64,000 nt of DNA from the human T2T-CHM13v2.0 reference genome, Homo sapiens. The notes under the pieces were generated by a model. That model did no database searches. It saw nothing but the letters and a program-made list of their open reading frames with translations, and was not told where the DNA came from. Shown here piece after piece: positions 14,341 to 30,010 of the stretch (position 1 is the stretch's first letter; every line of letters starts with the position of its first letter). Location of the stretch: the NCBI RefSeq assembly GCF_009914755.1, contig NC_060929.1; one strand, given 5' to 3'. The position numbers and the translations under genes were made by a program.

Positions 14341-14502
14341 AGGGTGATTGGAAACTTTTGGGGGTGATGGATAGGTTCATGGTATAGATTGTGGTGATGA
14401 TTTCATGGGTATAGACTTTTCTCCAAACTCATAAAGTGTTAAATATTAAATATGTATAGGTTTTTCAATGCTAATCATATCTTAATAAAGTGGCTTTAAA
14501 AA
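14341..14502 (+). mobile_element. L1M (MB/MC) extreme 3' end
   Basis: ggaaacttttgggggtgatggataggttcat...gattgtggtgatgatttcatggg...cttaataaagtgg. Confidence 0.8.
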
Positions 14503-17337
14503 ACAATGAACTGGGTTTGATAAAATAACAGTTGGCAAGATTTTCAGGTGAAAAATATTTTAAAAGGATAGATTTTACAGCAATTTTGAGAAATATAATT
14601 TTTTAATCTGGGGATTATACAGGCAGTGAATTTGATCATTTTGTTTTTTCAGAGGGATATAATGGTGAATGGTTTGATAATATGTTTTTAGTTTTGAATC
14701 AAGTGTACCTTATGAGCAATACCTAATTAATGCCTATTTTAAAGCCTGAACTGAAGATAGAGACATATAAAGACAATATCACAAACATTTGTTTCAACTG
14801 AGTATTTAGACCTGCATATTAGAAAATATTCTCTATTCTATCCCAGGGATTTATTGATGCTTTCCTATTCCTTCTAAAAGATGAATTCAGCCATGAAGTT
14901 GTATATAAATAGATGATGTCTGAAGCTTTGAAATTCCAAATAAGATTCATAAGGAAATTATTTTTTCTTTCAAGCATATTGTATGATATGACTTCTTTTC
15001 TATGTAGTGAATGCATGCATTTTCAAATGTTTCAACTGAATTAACAAAAGTATGCATTTTAGCATAATAAGTATCTCCTTCAGAACTTGATTTCAAAAGT
15101 GTATCTAAGTAACTTAAAATTTGTATTTAGTATCTTGAATAGAAACAGAGGATTAGCATTCCAAATTTTAAAAATATGTCCTGATCTATGGTGTACCCAT
15201 AACTTAGGATGGGACTTTTTAATAGAGATCATCCTTCCAGCCACAGACTCTGCTCCCAATTGAAGCTGGAGGAAGTGAGCTTCTCTGTAAGATGCTGCAC
15301 AGACAGGCTTCTATCATCCACTTTAAGCCAGCGATGTGACTCTCTTCATGGCTTTTCTTAATCAGTTCATCTTCATTCAGGAATGTAAAAGGACTTTAAA
15401 GTAGCTTTACTTGGACTGCAAAATTGGGCAAAAAAAAGATTATAGCAAATCTTCTCAGCAGTTCTATTATACTTCATTTGGTCTTTTTTTTAAGTGGGGG
15501 AGGCATTTGAGAGGAAACTCTAAATGGCATTTTGGAAGGCTTTCAAATTTAGCAGAATATAAGTTTTTGTTTTAGCCACAAATGCGATTAGAATAAGCTA
15601 ACAAATAAGTTTCTCTTAATCTTTAAAATTATTAGGGCACATGTGAAAACCTATTTCCTGGAATATGCTTAATGCAATAAGTTGGAAAAGGGAACTAATT
15701 ATAATAAAATGTAATTGTTAATGGAGTTCCTTTTCTGTAACAGTGGGGTGAGAAGCTCTGCAAATTCTCTCCTCCAAAATCAATGACAAAATTGGACAAA
15801 ACTGTCAAAAACATAATTTTAGAACCCCAGAAATTAATGCAAGCTATACAAAATTTGATAAGCATTCATTCAGGAGAAACTATTCAACCTAGGGTTAGAA
15901 CAGTGGAACTCTGCGGCCTGTTTGTCTAAGGCTGCTCCCATCCCTTCCCTGATCTATTAACACAGAGATTTTATAAGAGTGAAGCAAGCTGTGAAACTCA
16001 AGAACTTTGTTCTGGAGAAGAGAACTTCCTTGATTTGGAACAAAAAAAACCCCAAATCCATGGCAACACTGGAAATGGTGGCCATCTCAGCAGCAAATGC
16101 ATGGCGAAAGCCAACATTATGAGTGATCTAAAGTTGAAATCTCAGTGGGGCCAAGCAGCTGACCAGCAACCCTGTCAGATATTTCACCAAGAGATGTAGG
16201 GAATGACACAGCTGCAATGGGCCTTTGTCAGCTAACACATAATGCTGGTCGTCTGGAATTTCACCTCTATGGGCTGTGCACACACTAAGAAGAAACCAGA
16301 GAGAGTCCCAGCTATCCACATGTTCTAGTCTAAACGTGAGATGATGTTTACATGTGGAGGGAACACAAGAAAGGCCAGGAGAAAGAAAGATCCAGGGAAG
16401 ACTTTTACATTTAGATGTGTTCTCCAATCCACACACAGATGCAGCAGCAAATGGTGTAAGTCTTGTTGGCTCAAGGAGTTTGAACAGATCATCTGATAAG
16501 TCATTGGCTGACCTCTAAGCTGTGCTGATGTGGCATACACTTAGAAAACCAGAATTAAAAATAAAATCAAGAATTAAACAAACAAACAAAAATCTTCACA
16601 GAGATATCAGTAGCTGCATATTGCTGGAGAGACAGACTTCATAGAACACTTCCAGATAAGTTACCAATTTAAACAAAGAAAACTGGTAACAACAATAATT
16701 CTCAGGATGGATAAGGGTGGATCCCTGGATGAGGCTTAAAAAAAAATGAGACTTTCAATGAAACTCGAAAAAATCATAATACATAGAAACATTTTCTGAG
16801 GGTTTCAGATGTTGGACTTACAAAAGGTCTTTAAAACAGTGTTTAAACAGCTTTTAATTAAAAAAAAAATTAAAAGTTAAAGAAAATTTTGTATGCCTAT
16901 TACTTACACCCAAAGAAGGTTGATAAAAATATACATCATAAAAAGGATGATGTGTGTATTGTGACATTGAAAAGTCTAGTACATTTGAGACACCAGAAGA
17001 AAAAAGTCAATGAAGTTCATGATACACTAATAGAAATTATCTGATCTCCAGAACAGAGAGAAAATTCACAAATGAAAATGAACAGAGCCTCAGGGATCTG
17101 AGTAGCACCATTAACTGTACCAAATATGTGGAATGGGAATTCCAGAAGAGGAGAGAGAGAAAGGAAGGGAAGAACACAGGAAGCAGTAATAGCAGGAAAA
17201 GAAGCTCAACAAAGTCCAAGAAGAAATCCACACAAGACACCCCATGGTCAAACTGTTGAAAGCCAAAGACAATCAGAAAATCTTGAAACCAGCATTAAAA
17301 ACATGGCTCATGAACAGAGGAAATGTTAGTGTTTTTA

Positions 17338-17816
<479 letters not shown>

Positions 17817-18557
17817 TCAATGCTGTATATAAGAACATCAGAGAAAAAAATAAATGAAGAAAACAAAATCTTTTTTGTTTTTCTTATTCTTAATAAATGT
17901 AAAAATGAAAGTTTAAGTAATAATGGTAAGAAGGTATTAGGTGATTATAGTATGTGGATAACTAAACTAATAAATGATAGTCTTTTTAACAACCAGTGCT
18001 GAAACAATTGTATGTCTATATGCAAAAAAAAAAAAACCTAAATACCAATCATGTACCTTTCACAAAAATTAATTCAAAAGAAATCATAGATTTAAACATA
18101 AACCATAAAACTATAATTTTATAGATAAACTAGATGACCTTGGCCTTGATGATGAGGTTTAATTTCATTTTTTATGGGCATACAGTAGGAATATATATTT
18201 ATAAGGTACATGGGATATTTTGACACAGGCTTAAAATACATAATAATCACATTAGGGCAAGTGGGGTATCCATCACCTCAAATATTTATCCTTTCTTTTT
18301 GTTACAAACAATCCAATGATACTATTTTAGTTACTTTAAAATGTGTAATAATTTACTATTGACTGCAGTTACCATGTCCTGATATAAAATACTAGATCTT
18401 ATTTGATCTATCTAACTATATTCTTGTACCGATTTGCCATCCCAATTTCTACCACCCACTCTCCTTCGCAGCTTCTGGTAGCCATCATTCTTCTCTCTAA
18501 CTTCATGAGTTCAATGGTATTAAATTTTATCTTTCACAGATAAGTGAGAACACGTGA

Positions 18558-18977
<420 letters not shown>

Positions 18978-20368
18978 TAGTATTCCATTGTTAATAAGTA
19001 CCACATTTTCTTTATCCATTCATCTGTTGATAAACACTTAGGTTTCTTCTTAATCTTGGCTGTTGTAAACAGTGCTGCAATAAAAATGACACTGCAGATA
19101 TCTCTTGGATATAATGGGTTCCTTTCTTTTGGGTATATAACTAGCACTGGGATTGCTGGATCATATGGTAGTTTTATTTTTAGTTTTTTGAGGAGCCTCC
19201 AAACTGTTCTCCATAATGGTTGTACTAATTTACATTCCCAGAAACTAAGAATTTTCCCACATCTTCTCCACATCCTGTTCTCTTCATCCTCTCCAGCATT
19301 TGTTGTTGCATGTCTTTAGGATAAAAGTCATACTAACTGGGATGGGATTATATCTCAGTGTAGTTTTGATTTTCATTTCTCTGATGATCAATGATGTTGA
19401 GCACTTTTTCATATACCTGTTTGCCATTTGTATGTCTTCTTTTGAGAAATATCTATTCATATATTTTGCCCACTTTTAACATGGTTATTAGATTTCTTCC
19501 TATGAGTTGCTTCAGCTCCTATTAATCCCTTGTCAGTTGAATAGTTTACACATATTTTCTCGCATTCTGTGGTTTGTCTCTTCACTTTGTTGATTGTTTC
19601 CTTTGCTGTGCAGAAACTTTTTAACTTGACATGATTCCATTTGTTCATTTTTGCTTTGGTTGTCTGTGCTTATTGGGTGTTACTTAAGAAACATTTGCCA
19701 GGACCGATGTTTTGGAGGGTTTCACCAATGTTTTTTCTTAGTGGTTTCGTAATTTGACGTCTTAGATTTAAATCTGGAATTTATTTTTATTGGATTTTTG
19801 TATATGATGAGAGTTGGAGTCTAGTTTCATTTTTCTGCATATGGCTATCCAGTTTTCCCAGCACCATTTATTGAAGATACTGTCCTTTTTCCAATGCATG
19901 TTCTTATCATCTTTGCCAAAAAGGAGTTCACTGTAGATGTACAGATTTATTTCCGGTTCTCTATTCTGTTCCATTAGTCAATGTGTCTGTATTTGTGCTG
20001 GTGCCATATTGTTTTGGTTACTACTGTTCTGTAGTATAATTTAAAGTCAGGTATGTGATTCCTCCGGTTTTTTTGTTTTTCTTTTTGCTCAGGATGGTTT
20101 TTTCTCTTCTAGGTCTTTTGTGGCTTCATATAAATTTTAATTTTTTTTTCTCCTTCTGTGAAGAATACTATTGGTATTTTGATACAGTTTATATTGAATC
20201 TATAGATAGCTCCTGGTAGTATGGACCTTTCAATAATATTTACTCTTCCAATTCATAAAAATAAAATATTTTTCCTTTTTCTGCCTCCTCTTCAATTTCT
20301 TGCATCAATATTTGTAATTTTTATTGCAGAGATCTCTCACATCTTTGCTTAAGTTTACCCCTAGTTAT

Positions 20369-20849
20369 TGTATTAGTCTGTTCTCACACTGCTGTAAAGA
20401 AATAACTGAGACTGGGTAATTTATAAAGAAAAGAGTTTTAACTGGCTCATGGTTCCACAGGCTGTACAGGAAGCATACGTCTGACATCTGCTTGGATTCT
20501 GGGGAGGCCTCAGGAAACTTCCAATCATGGAAGAAGATGAAGGGGAAGCAGGAACATCTTACATGGCTGGAACAAGAGAAATGGTGGGGGAGCTGCTACG
20601 CACTTTTAAACAACCAGATCTTGTGAGAAATCTACCATAAGGACAGCAATGGCTGGGGGGGTGCTAAACCATTAAACCCATAGAAACCACTCCCATAATC
20701 CAATCACCTCCCACCAGGCCCCACCTCCAACACTGAGCATTATAATGTGACTGAGATTTGCCTGTTTCCTAGTTCCACATTTTCAAGTGTTCTTATAGAA
20801 GTGTCCCAATCTTCTGGTACCAATTTTCTATATTAGTCCATTCTCACAC
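20369..20849 (-). mobile_element. MSTA LTR, plus a short internal piece and 20-nt stub of a second LTR
   Basis: tgtattagtctgttctcacactgct...ccacctccaacactg, then PBS-side internal ctggtaccaattttc, then tatattagtccattctcaca. Confidence 0.85.
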
Positions 20850-22022
20850 CCTCCCACTGGGTCCCTCCCACAACATGTGGGAATTCAAGATAAGATTTGG
20901 GTGGGGATACAGCCAAACCATATCATTCCAGCCCAGCCCCTCCCAAATCTCATGTCCTCACATTTCAAAACCAATCATGCCTTCCCAACAGTCCCTCAAA
21001 GTCTTAACTCATTTCAGCATTAACTCAAAAGCCCACAGTCCAAAGTGTCATTTGAAACAAGGCAATTCCCTTCTGCCTATGAGCCTGTAATATCAAAAGC
21101 AAGTTAGTTACTTCCTAGATACAATGGGAGTAAAGGAGTTTGATAAATACAGCCATTCCAAATGGGAGACATTGGCCAAAACAAAGGGGTTACAGGCCCC
21201 ATGCCAGTCCAGAATCCAACAGGGCAGTCAAATCTTGAAGTTCAAAAATGATCTCCTTTGACTCCCTATCTCACAACCAGGTCATGCTGATGCAAGAGGT
21301 GGGTTCCCATGGTCTTGGGCACTTCCACCCCTGTGGCTCTACAGGGTACAGGCTCCCTCCCTGATGCTGTCATGGGCTGGTGTTGAGTGTCTCTGGCTTT
21401 TCCGGGTGCATGGTGCAAGCTGTCAGTGGATCTACCATTCTGGTGTCTGGAGGACAGTGGCCCTCTTCTCACAGCTCCACTAGGTGGTGCCCCAGTTAGG
21501 ACTCTGTGTGGGGGCTCTGACCCCACATTTCCCTTCTTCACTGCCCTAGCAGAAGTTCTCCAAGAGAGCCTCACCCCTGAAGCAGATTTCTACCTAGACA
21601 TCCAGATGTTTCCATACATCCTTTGAAATCTTGGTGGAGGTTCCCAAACCTCAATTCTTGACTTCTGTGCAACTGCAGGCCCAACACCACGTGGAAGCTT
21701 CCAAGGCTTTGGGCTTGCACCCTCTGAAGCAATGGCCTGAGCTCTAAGATGGCTCCTTTTAGCCAAGGCTGGGATGCAGGGTCCCATGTCCTGAGACTGC
21801 ACAAAGCAGCAAGGCCCTGGCCCTGGTCCACAAAACCATTTTTTCTTCTTAGGCCTCTGGGCCTGTGATGGGAGGGGCTGCCATGAAGTTCTCGGACATG
21901 CCTTGGAGACATTTTCCCTATTGTCTTGGTGATTAACATTTGGCTTCTAGTTACTTATGCAAATTTCTGCAGCTGGCTTGAGTTTCTCCTCACAAAATAG
22001 GTTTTCCTTTTCTATTGCATCA
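20850..22022 (-). mobile_element. THE1 (THE1B-like) LTR end plus truncated THE1 internal region
   Basis: ccctcccacaacatgtgggaattcaagat...aaaccatatca, then reverse-complement polypurine tract and MaLR internal sequence (ORF remnant SRIEVWEPPPRFQRMYGN). Confidence 0.88.
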
Positions 22023-22399
22023 TTTGGTCTATAGTGTAGATTAAGTCTGTTGTTTCTTTGGTGATTTTCTGTCTGGATACTCTGTCCAGGGCTGACAGTG
22101 GGATGCTGAAGTGTCCAGCTATTCTTTTATTGGGATCTATCTCTGTCTTTAGCTCTAATAATATTTGCTTTATATATCTCGGTGCTCTAGTGTTTAGTGC
22201 AGATTACAACTGTTATATCCTCTTGCTGAATTGACTACTTCGTGATTATATAATGACCTTCTTTTTCTCTTTTTATAAATTTTGTCTTTAAATCTATTTT
22301 TTTTCTGATATAATTGCCATCCCGTTATTTTCAGTCTACATGTGTCTATACAGGTAAATTGTGTTCATGAGTTTCTTGTAAGTCAACAGATCACTGGGT

Positions 22400-22575
22400 C
22401 TTGTTTATATATAAACAAGGGTTGGAATGAGTATATATATGTGTGTGTGTGTGTGTGCATGTGTGTATGAATTATATATTTATATATGGTATATATATCT
22501 GAATTATATATACATAGTATATATAATATAAACAAGTGCTATATGTTAACAGGGTTCCGATGTATATATATGTAC
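22400..22575. repeat. (TA)n/(TG)n low-complexity insert in L1
   Basis: Alternating TA/TG runs that interrupt the L1 text. Confidence 0.8.
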
Positions 22576-24405
22576 ATTCACTCACTCCATGTCTTTTGAT
22601 TGGAGAGTTTAATCTATTTACATTCAATGTATTTTATTGATAAGTAAGGACTTACTCCTGCCATCTTGTTATTTGTTTTCTGGTTGTTTAGTGGCCTTTC
22701 TTTTTTCTTTTCTTCCTGTCTTCCTTTTAGTGAAGGTGACTTTCTCTGATGGTGTGTTTTAATTTCTTGCTTTTTATTTGTTGTGTATCTGCCATTTTTT
22801 TATCTGAAGTTACTGTTAGACTTGGAAATAATGTCTTATAACCCATTTTCTTAAATTGATGAACACTTAATACTTATTGCATAAACAAACTAACAAGCAA
22901 ATAGAAAACTAATAAAAGCTTTACATTTAATTTCATCCTTCTGCTTTTCAACTTTTATTATTTATATTTATTTCTTATTATACTGTCTCTGTATTGAAAA
23001 GTTGTTGTGATTATTAGTTTTGATAGGTTCATCTTTCAGTCTTCCTACTCAATATGCAAGTAGTTTACACAGCACAGTTACAGTGTTATAATATACCGTG
23101 TCTTTCTGTGTTAACTATAACCAGTGAATCTTGCACCTTCAGATCTTTTCTTATTACTGATTAATGTTGTTTTCTTTCTAATTAAAGAAATTCCCTTAGC
23201 ATTACTTGTAGGACATGTCTGTTGTTGATAAAGTCTCTCAGCTTTTGTTTGTCTGGAAAGTCTATTTTTTTTTCATGTTTGTGGGATATTTTCACTGCAT
23301 ATTCTATTCTAGAACTATTTTTTTCTTCAGCACTTTAAATATGTGATGCCACTGTCTCCTGGCCTGTAGTTTCCACAAAGAATTCTGTGGCCAGGCATGT
23401 TGGAGCTACTTTTATGTTATTTATTTCTTTTCCCTTGCTGCTTTTAGGATCCTTTCTTTCTCCTTGATCTTCAGAAGTCTGATTATTAAATATCTTTAAG
23501 TTGTATTATTTGGGTTAAACCTGCTTGGTGTTCTATCACCTTCTTGTGCTTGAATATTTATGGCTTTTTCTAGGTTTGAAAAGTTATCTGTTATCCCTTT
23601 AAATAAACTTTCTACCTAGATCTCTCTTTACTTGTTTTCTGGCTATTTTCTAGATCTTATAAGTGTACCATATTCCTCTTATTTTTCCTTTTGTCTCCTG
23701 TGACTGTATATTTTCAAATAGACTGTTTTTGAGCTCATTCACTCTTTCTTTTGCTTGATCAATTCTGCTGTTAAGAGACTGTAATGCATTCTCCAGTATG
23801 TCAAGTGCATTTTCAGCTATAGAATTTCTGCTTGATTCTTTTAAATTATTTCAATCCCTTTGGTAAATTTATCTGATAAGGTTCTAAATTCCTTGTCTGT
23901 GTTATCTTGACTTTTGTTAGGCTTCCTCAAAATAGCTATTTTGAGTTCTCTTTCTGAAAGTTCACATATCTCTGTCTCTCCAGGACTGGTCACTGATGAC
24001 TTATAAAGTTCATTTGGTGTGGTCATGTTTTCTCGAATAGTCTTGATGCTTGTGAATATTCTTTGGTTTCTGGGCATTGAAGAGTTAGGTATTCATAGTA
24101 GCCTTTGCAGTCCAGGATTGTTTGTACCTATCTTTCTTTGGAAGGTTTTCCAAGTATTCAAAGGAGGTTGGGTGTTGTGATCTAAGTCTTTGATCACTGC
24201 AGCCTTAAAGGCTCTTCAGTTAGCTTGTATTGAATGCTGCAGTCCTGATTCTCTTCATTCAGAGCAGTAGATCCTCTCCAAGCCCAGGGAGGATCCAAAA
24301 ATACTGCAGGAGCCAAGACTGGAATCAGAGACCACAGGAGCTCTCTTGGTGTTCTACTTTTCTGTGGCCAAAGTGGTACCCAAGCTGCGAGACAAAGTCC
24401 CCTTT

Positions 24406-24774
24406 TGTATTAGTCCATTTTCACACTGCTGATAAAGACATAGTTGAGACTCAGCAATTTACAAAAGAAAGAGTTTTATTGGACTTACAGTTCCACATGG
24501 CTGGGGAGGCCTCAAAATTACAGTGGAAGGCCAGGAGGAACAAGTCACATCTTATGTGGATGGCAGCAGGCAAAGAGAGAACTTGTGCAGCAAAAGTCCC
24601 ATTTTTAAAATCATCAGACCTCATGAGACCAATTCACTTTCACAAGACCAGCACAGAAAAGACCCACCCCAATAATTTAATCACCTCCCACCTTGTTCCT
24701 CCCACAGCACTTGGAAATTATGGGATTTACAATTCAAGATGAGATTTGGGTGGGGACACTGCCAAACCATATAA
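24406..24774 (-). mobile_element. THE1C solo LTR
   Basis: tgtattagtcc...aaaccatataa with a perfect 5-bp TSD CCTTT at 24401-24405 and 24775-24779. Confidence 0.93.
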
Positions 24775-25880
24775 CCTTTGTTATTTCCTCTCCTTTCCTC
24801 AAGCAGAAGGAGTCTTTCTCCACAGCCACCACAGATTGGCATATGTTGAATCTCACCCAAAGCCAGCACATCTCTGAGTCTCACCCAAGACCCACGGTAA
24901 GTACTGCTTCGCTGTCACTACTGATCATTCAGGACCCAAGGACTCTTTAGTCAGCAAGTGATGAATCCTTCCAGGTCTAGTTCCTTCCTTTCAGGGTAGT
25001 AGGTTCCCTTCCAGCCAAAGGTGTGTCTGGAAATATCATCCAGGAGCTAGGGCCTGAAATGAGGGCCTCATGACTCTGCCTGCTGCCCTATCCTACTGTC
25101 AATGAACTGGTATAAAAGTTGCAAGACAAAGTCCTATTTACTCTTTCTTCTTCTCTCTTCAAGTGGAGAGAAGGAGTTTCTCGCAGAGCTTCAAGCTGTG
25201 CTTCCTAGGGTTGTGGGAGGGGTAACACAAGCACTCCCTTAGCCACCCCAACTGGTGTCTTACTAGGTCATGTGCCCCCCAAGTCCACTGTCAACAAGAC
25301 AACCACAACATCAGGAGTTACCCAGGAATTGCAGTCCTTGTGGCTTAGACTGACTTACAAGTTTCTTTAGAACCCTAGAGCACTTTAGCCCATGGTGGTG
25401 GGGCTTGCTGGAATTCAGGTTCTGACTGTTGGAACAGATGATTCCTCTCTGGCAAGAGCTGATCTCAGTGGTCCCTCTGTAGGTCTTGGCTGGATTCTGC
25501 CTTGCGTTTCTTTCTGCTGTGACAGGCAGCACTGACTTCCAATGCAAATCCCCACAATCACTGCACTCTCCCTTCCTCCAACTGCTCGGATTCTCTCTCT
25601 GTGCAACAGGTCACTGCCAGGAGATAGTGGAGGGTTGGTGTAGGTGATTCAAGATTCTTTGCTACCCTCTTCAGTGCCTCCTTCCTTACTTAGATGTTAA
25701 AACCAAATATTATGATCACTCACCTGATTTTTGGTTCTTATGAAGGTGCTTCTTGTGTGGATAGTTGTTCAAATTGAAGTTTTTGCTGGAGGTGTTGATT
25801 ACTGGGGTGTTCTATTTGGCCGTCTTGCTCCACGTCACCTCCAATGATAAGTTTTCAGATCCAAATACAAAGAACTATCC

Positions 25881-25978
25881 AGGGAAGAAAAGAAGAAGAA
25901 GGAGAAGAAGGAGAAGAAGGAGAAGAAGAAGAGGAAGAGGAAGAGGAAGAGGAAGAGGAAGGAGGAGGAGGAGGAGGA
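25881..25978. repeat. Compound purine repeat (GAA/GGA/GAGGAA)n
   Basis: About 98 nt of uninterrupted purines. Confidence 0.97.
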
Positions 25979-26129
25979 CTTAAACTCAAAACTTTCCTCT
26001 CTGCTTAAGACAATGCTAAGTGAATATGGAAGAAAATATATGCAAAGTGTATATTTGTAAAGAGTTTATATCTAAAAATATTTTTCAAGTCTCTTAGAAC
26101 TCAACTATAAGTTACAAACAACCTAATTA

Positions 26130-26531
<402 letters not shown>

Positions 26532-29064
26532 TTAGTCTAATTCATGGAATGCATGTTAAAACAGCAATAAATTACGGTTATATACCTTATTAGGGTAGCT
26601 AAATTAAGAAAGACAGGGGTAGGGGAATGAAAACACCAAAACACCAATTACTGATGAGAATGTGAAGGAAGAACTCTCATTCACTCATTGCCGGTAGAAA
26701 TGAAAATAGTACAGCCACTGTGGTTTGTATAGCCAGTTAGTACACTCATTCATTCATTGCTGGTGGAAATTCAGAATACTACAGCCACAATTGTTTCATA
26801 ATTTCACATGAGGCTAAAACATTTCAATTATACAACATCTGGATAAAGCCAAACCAGAGATTCATACAACAACAACAGCAAAATAATCATTGGGTTCAAG
26901 GAGTTCAGAGAAAGGAGAAGAGTGGAATAGAAGCAGCAAAGGAAGAATTGTTTTTTTATTCTGTATGACACTGTAATCATTTATATACTTTCCATTAGCC
27001 AAACCCCATAGAACTTTATAGCAAAAAAAAATGAATCATAGTACATGCAAATTAAAAAAGAATTATGTACTTTCTGATGGAATTGCACCATAAAATGCAG
27101 AATGTGACAAAACAATCTAAAGGTATTACAAATGTATGAAACAAACCCATTGAAAAGAGTGTATGAAAAGAAACCAGTCTATGTAACTTTGGGAATGGGT
27201 GGAGTCTCTCACACTAAAGGCAACATAAACTGTACAGAGCGCTTTACTTCAGGTGATGACAGGGGAATGGGTTCACAATTCCGATAATGCTATCTATGTA
27301 GACACTAAATTGAAGAAATAACCAATAAATGGTAGAGGGTAAGCGCCAGATTTCTCACAGATAGAGTAGGAGGTTCTAGACAAGAAAGGGGAGAATAACC
27401 CATGTGGTAAATGACTAGAGCTGGACACAAGTATGAACTCATGCTTAGCTTGCTACAGATATGAATGGTTGTATGTAGCGATGTTTTAGATGTGTGTACA
27501 TGTATGCGTTGGTGTACATGCATGTATCTTCATGGTGACAGCCCAGAGGGACTAGAAACAACACCACTTCAGTACCAGCAAGTAGGTGCAGATCCCAGAT
27601 CTTGTATTCTAATTTCGTTCTCTAATAAAAAGGACCAGACTCCTTAGAAAAATGGCTAATTTGTGGACTGAGCAAGCAAGTATTGAAAGAGAGAAGAAGA
27701 TGGGCATATGGAAGACTCTTGCATCACCAGGAAATAGGAGGTACTAAAAATAAGTATGTAAAATAAAATAGATAAAAACAAAACACAATTACAGAAGTAT
27801 GTCAAACTGACATGGTAGCCAATTGAAATGGCTTCCAGTCACCAGAGCTGAAACATTTTGCACAAGAAACTTTATAATGTAATTGGACTACAATTACATT
27901 TTAATATAAAGGAAGCATCCATGAGTTGATACTGGTAAAATAAATGATTGAATGGTGGAATAGATGGATCTCCTGTGCAAAAGCATTCCAAATATCTTAT
28001 GTGGATGCAGCCCTGAAGGGGGTTGAACATGAGTTTGTGTGCCTTAAGTGTGGGCTGTGCATAGTGACTTCCTTTCAAAGAGTATAGTGTAGAAAGGAGA
28101 ATAAAAGAGTATTTTTTACCATGTAGAAACCTGAAAAACATTACCACAGCCAGATGATCAATACTAACACAACAATAAGTCATGTTGATAACATGCACTC
28201 TTGATATGATGTGATAAGGATGGCCTTTGACCTTTTTGCTATTTCTTCCAAAACACATCTTTAGTCTAATCTGAGAAAAATATCAAATAATCTCAATAGA
28301 GGACACTCTACAAAATACCTGACCAGTCCTCCTCAAAATTGTCAATGTCATCAAAAACATGGCAAGTCCGAGAAAGTGTCACAGCTGAGAGGAGCCTAAG
28401 GGGACGGGATAGATAAATGTTATGTGGCATCCTGGGTGGGATCCTGGAACTTAAAGCTGACTTTTGTGCTGCCTGTGATGGAGGCTAAGTGAAGAGTGCA
28501 TGTTGCAGGGAGTAAGGATCTTGTTTTAGGGTGGGTGGGGTGAGCACTGAAAAGTCAAAATGACACTGAAGTAAATTAATTCAGCTTAAGAGGCATTTTG
28601 TAACAGAAATGCATGTATCTGTTGGCTACTACAGAGCTCTTTATTCATCACATGTTGCAGTCTTTTTCATCTTTATCTTTGTTATGAAAACCATATTGCT
28701 GAATATCTCATCTGCACTCAAACGTGGTGCACATAATTCATATGTTGTCAAGTCAAAAGGGTTTGTCTTTACATTTTGACCTTTTAACTCTAGCTTTGAT
28801 GTCTTTCTGACTAAGGGTAAGGATAAAAATTTGAGAAGCATGAAACTATTTAAATACCTTTCTTTTGTATCTCCTTCACCCAGTTTTATTTTCATAAGCT
28901 ACCTGAGCATTTCTGTCCTTACCCATAGTCTCAAATACCAAGAGTTCCATTGAGATGGTGAAGGTAAGTTATATTGGCAATACCATTTTCTTATTTACCA
29001 TTTGCCTGCAGTTAGAGCTGCAGTTCCCATTTTTATCCTGTCAATTTTAGTGAAATAGCATAGT

Positions 29065-30010
<946 letters not shown>

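Noticed and set aside
24230-24742. 170-aa ORF
   Set aside because: Antisense L1 5' region fused to an antisense THE1C LTR; a chance open frame.
25765-25983. Protamine-like poly-Arg ORF
   Set aside because: Translation of the purine microsatellite.
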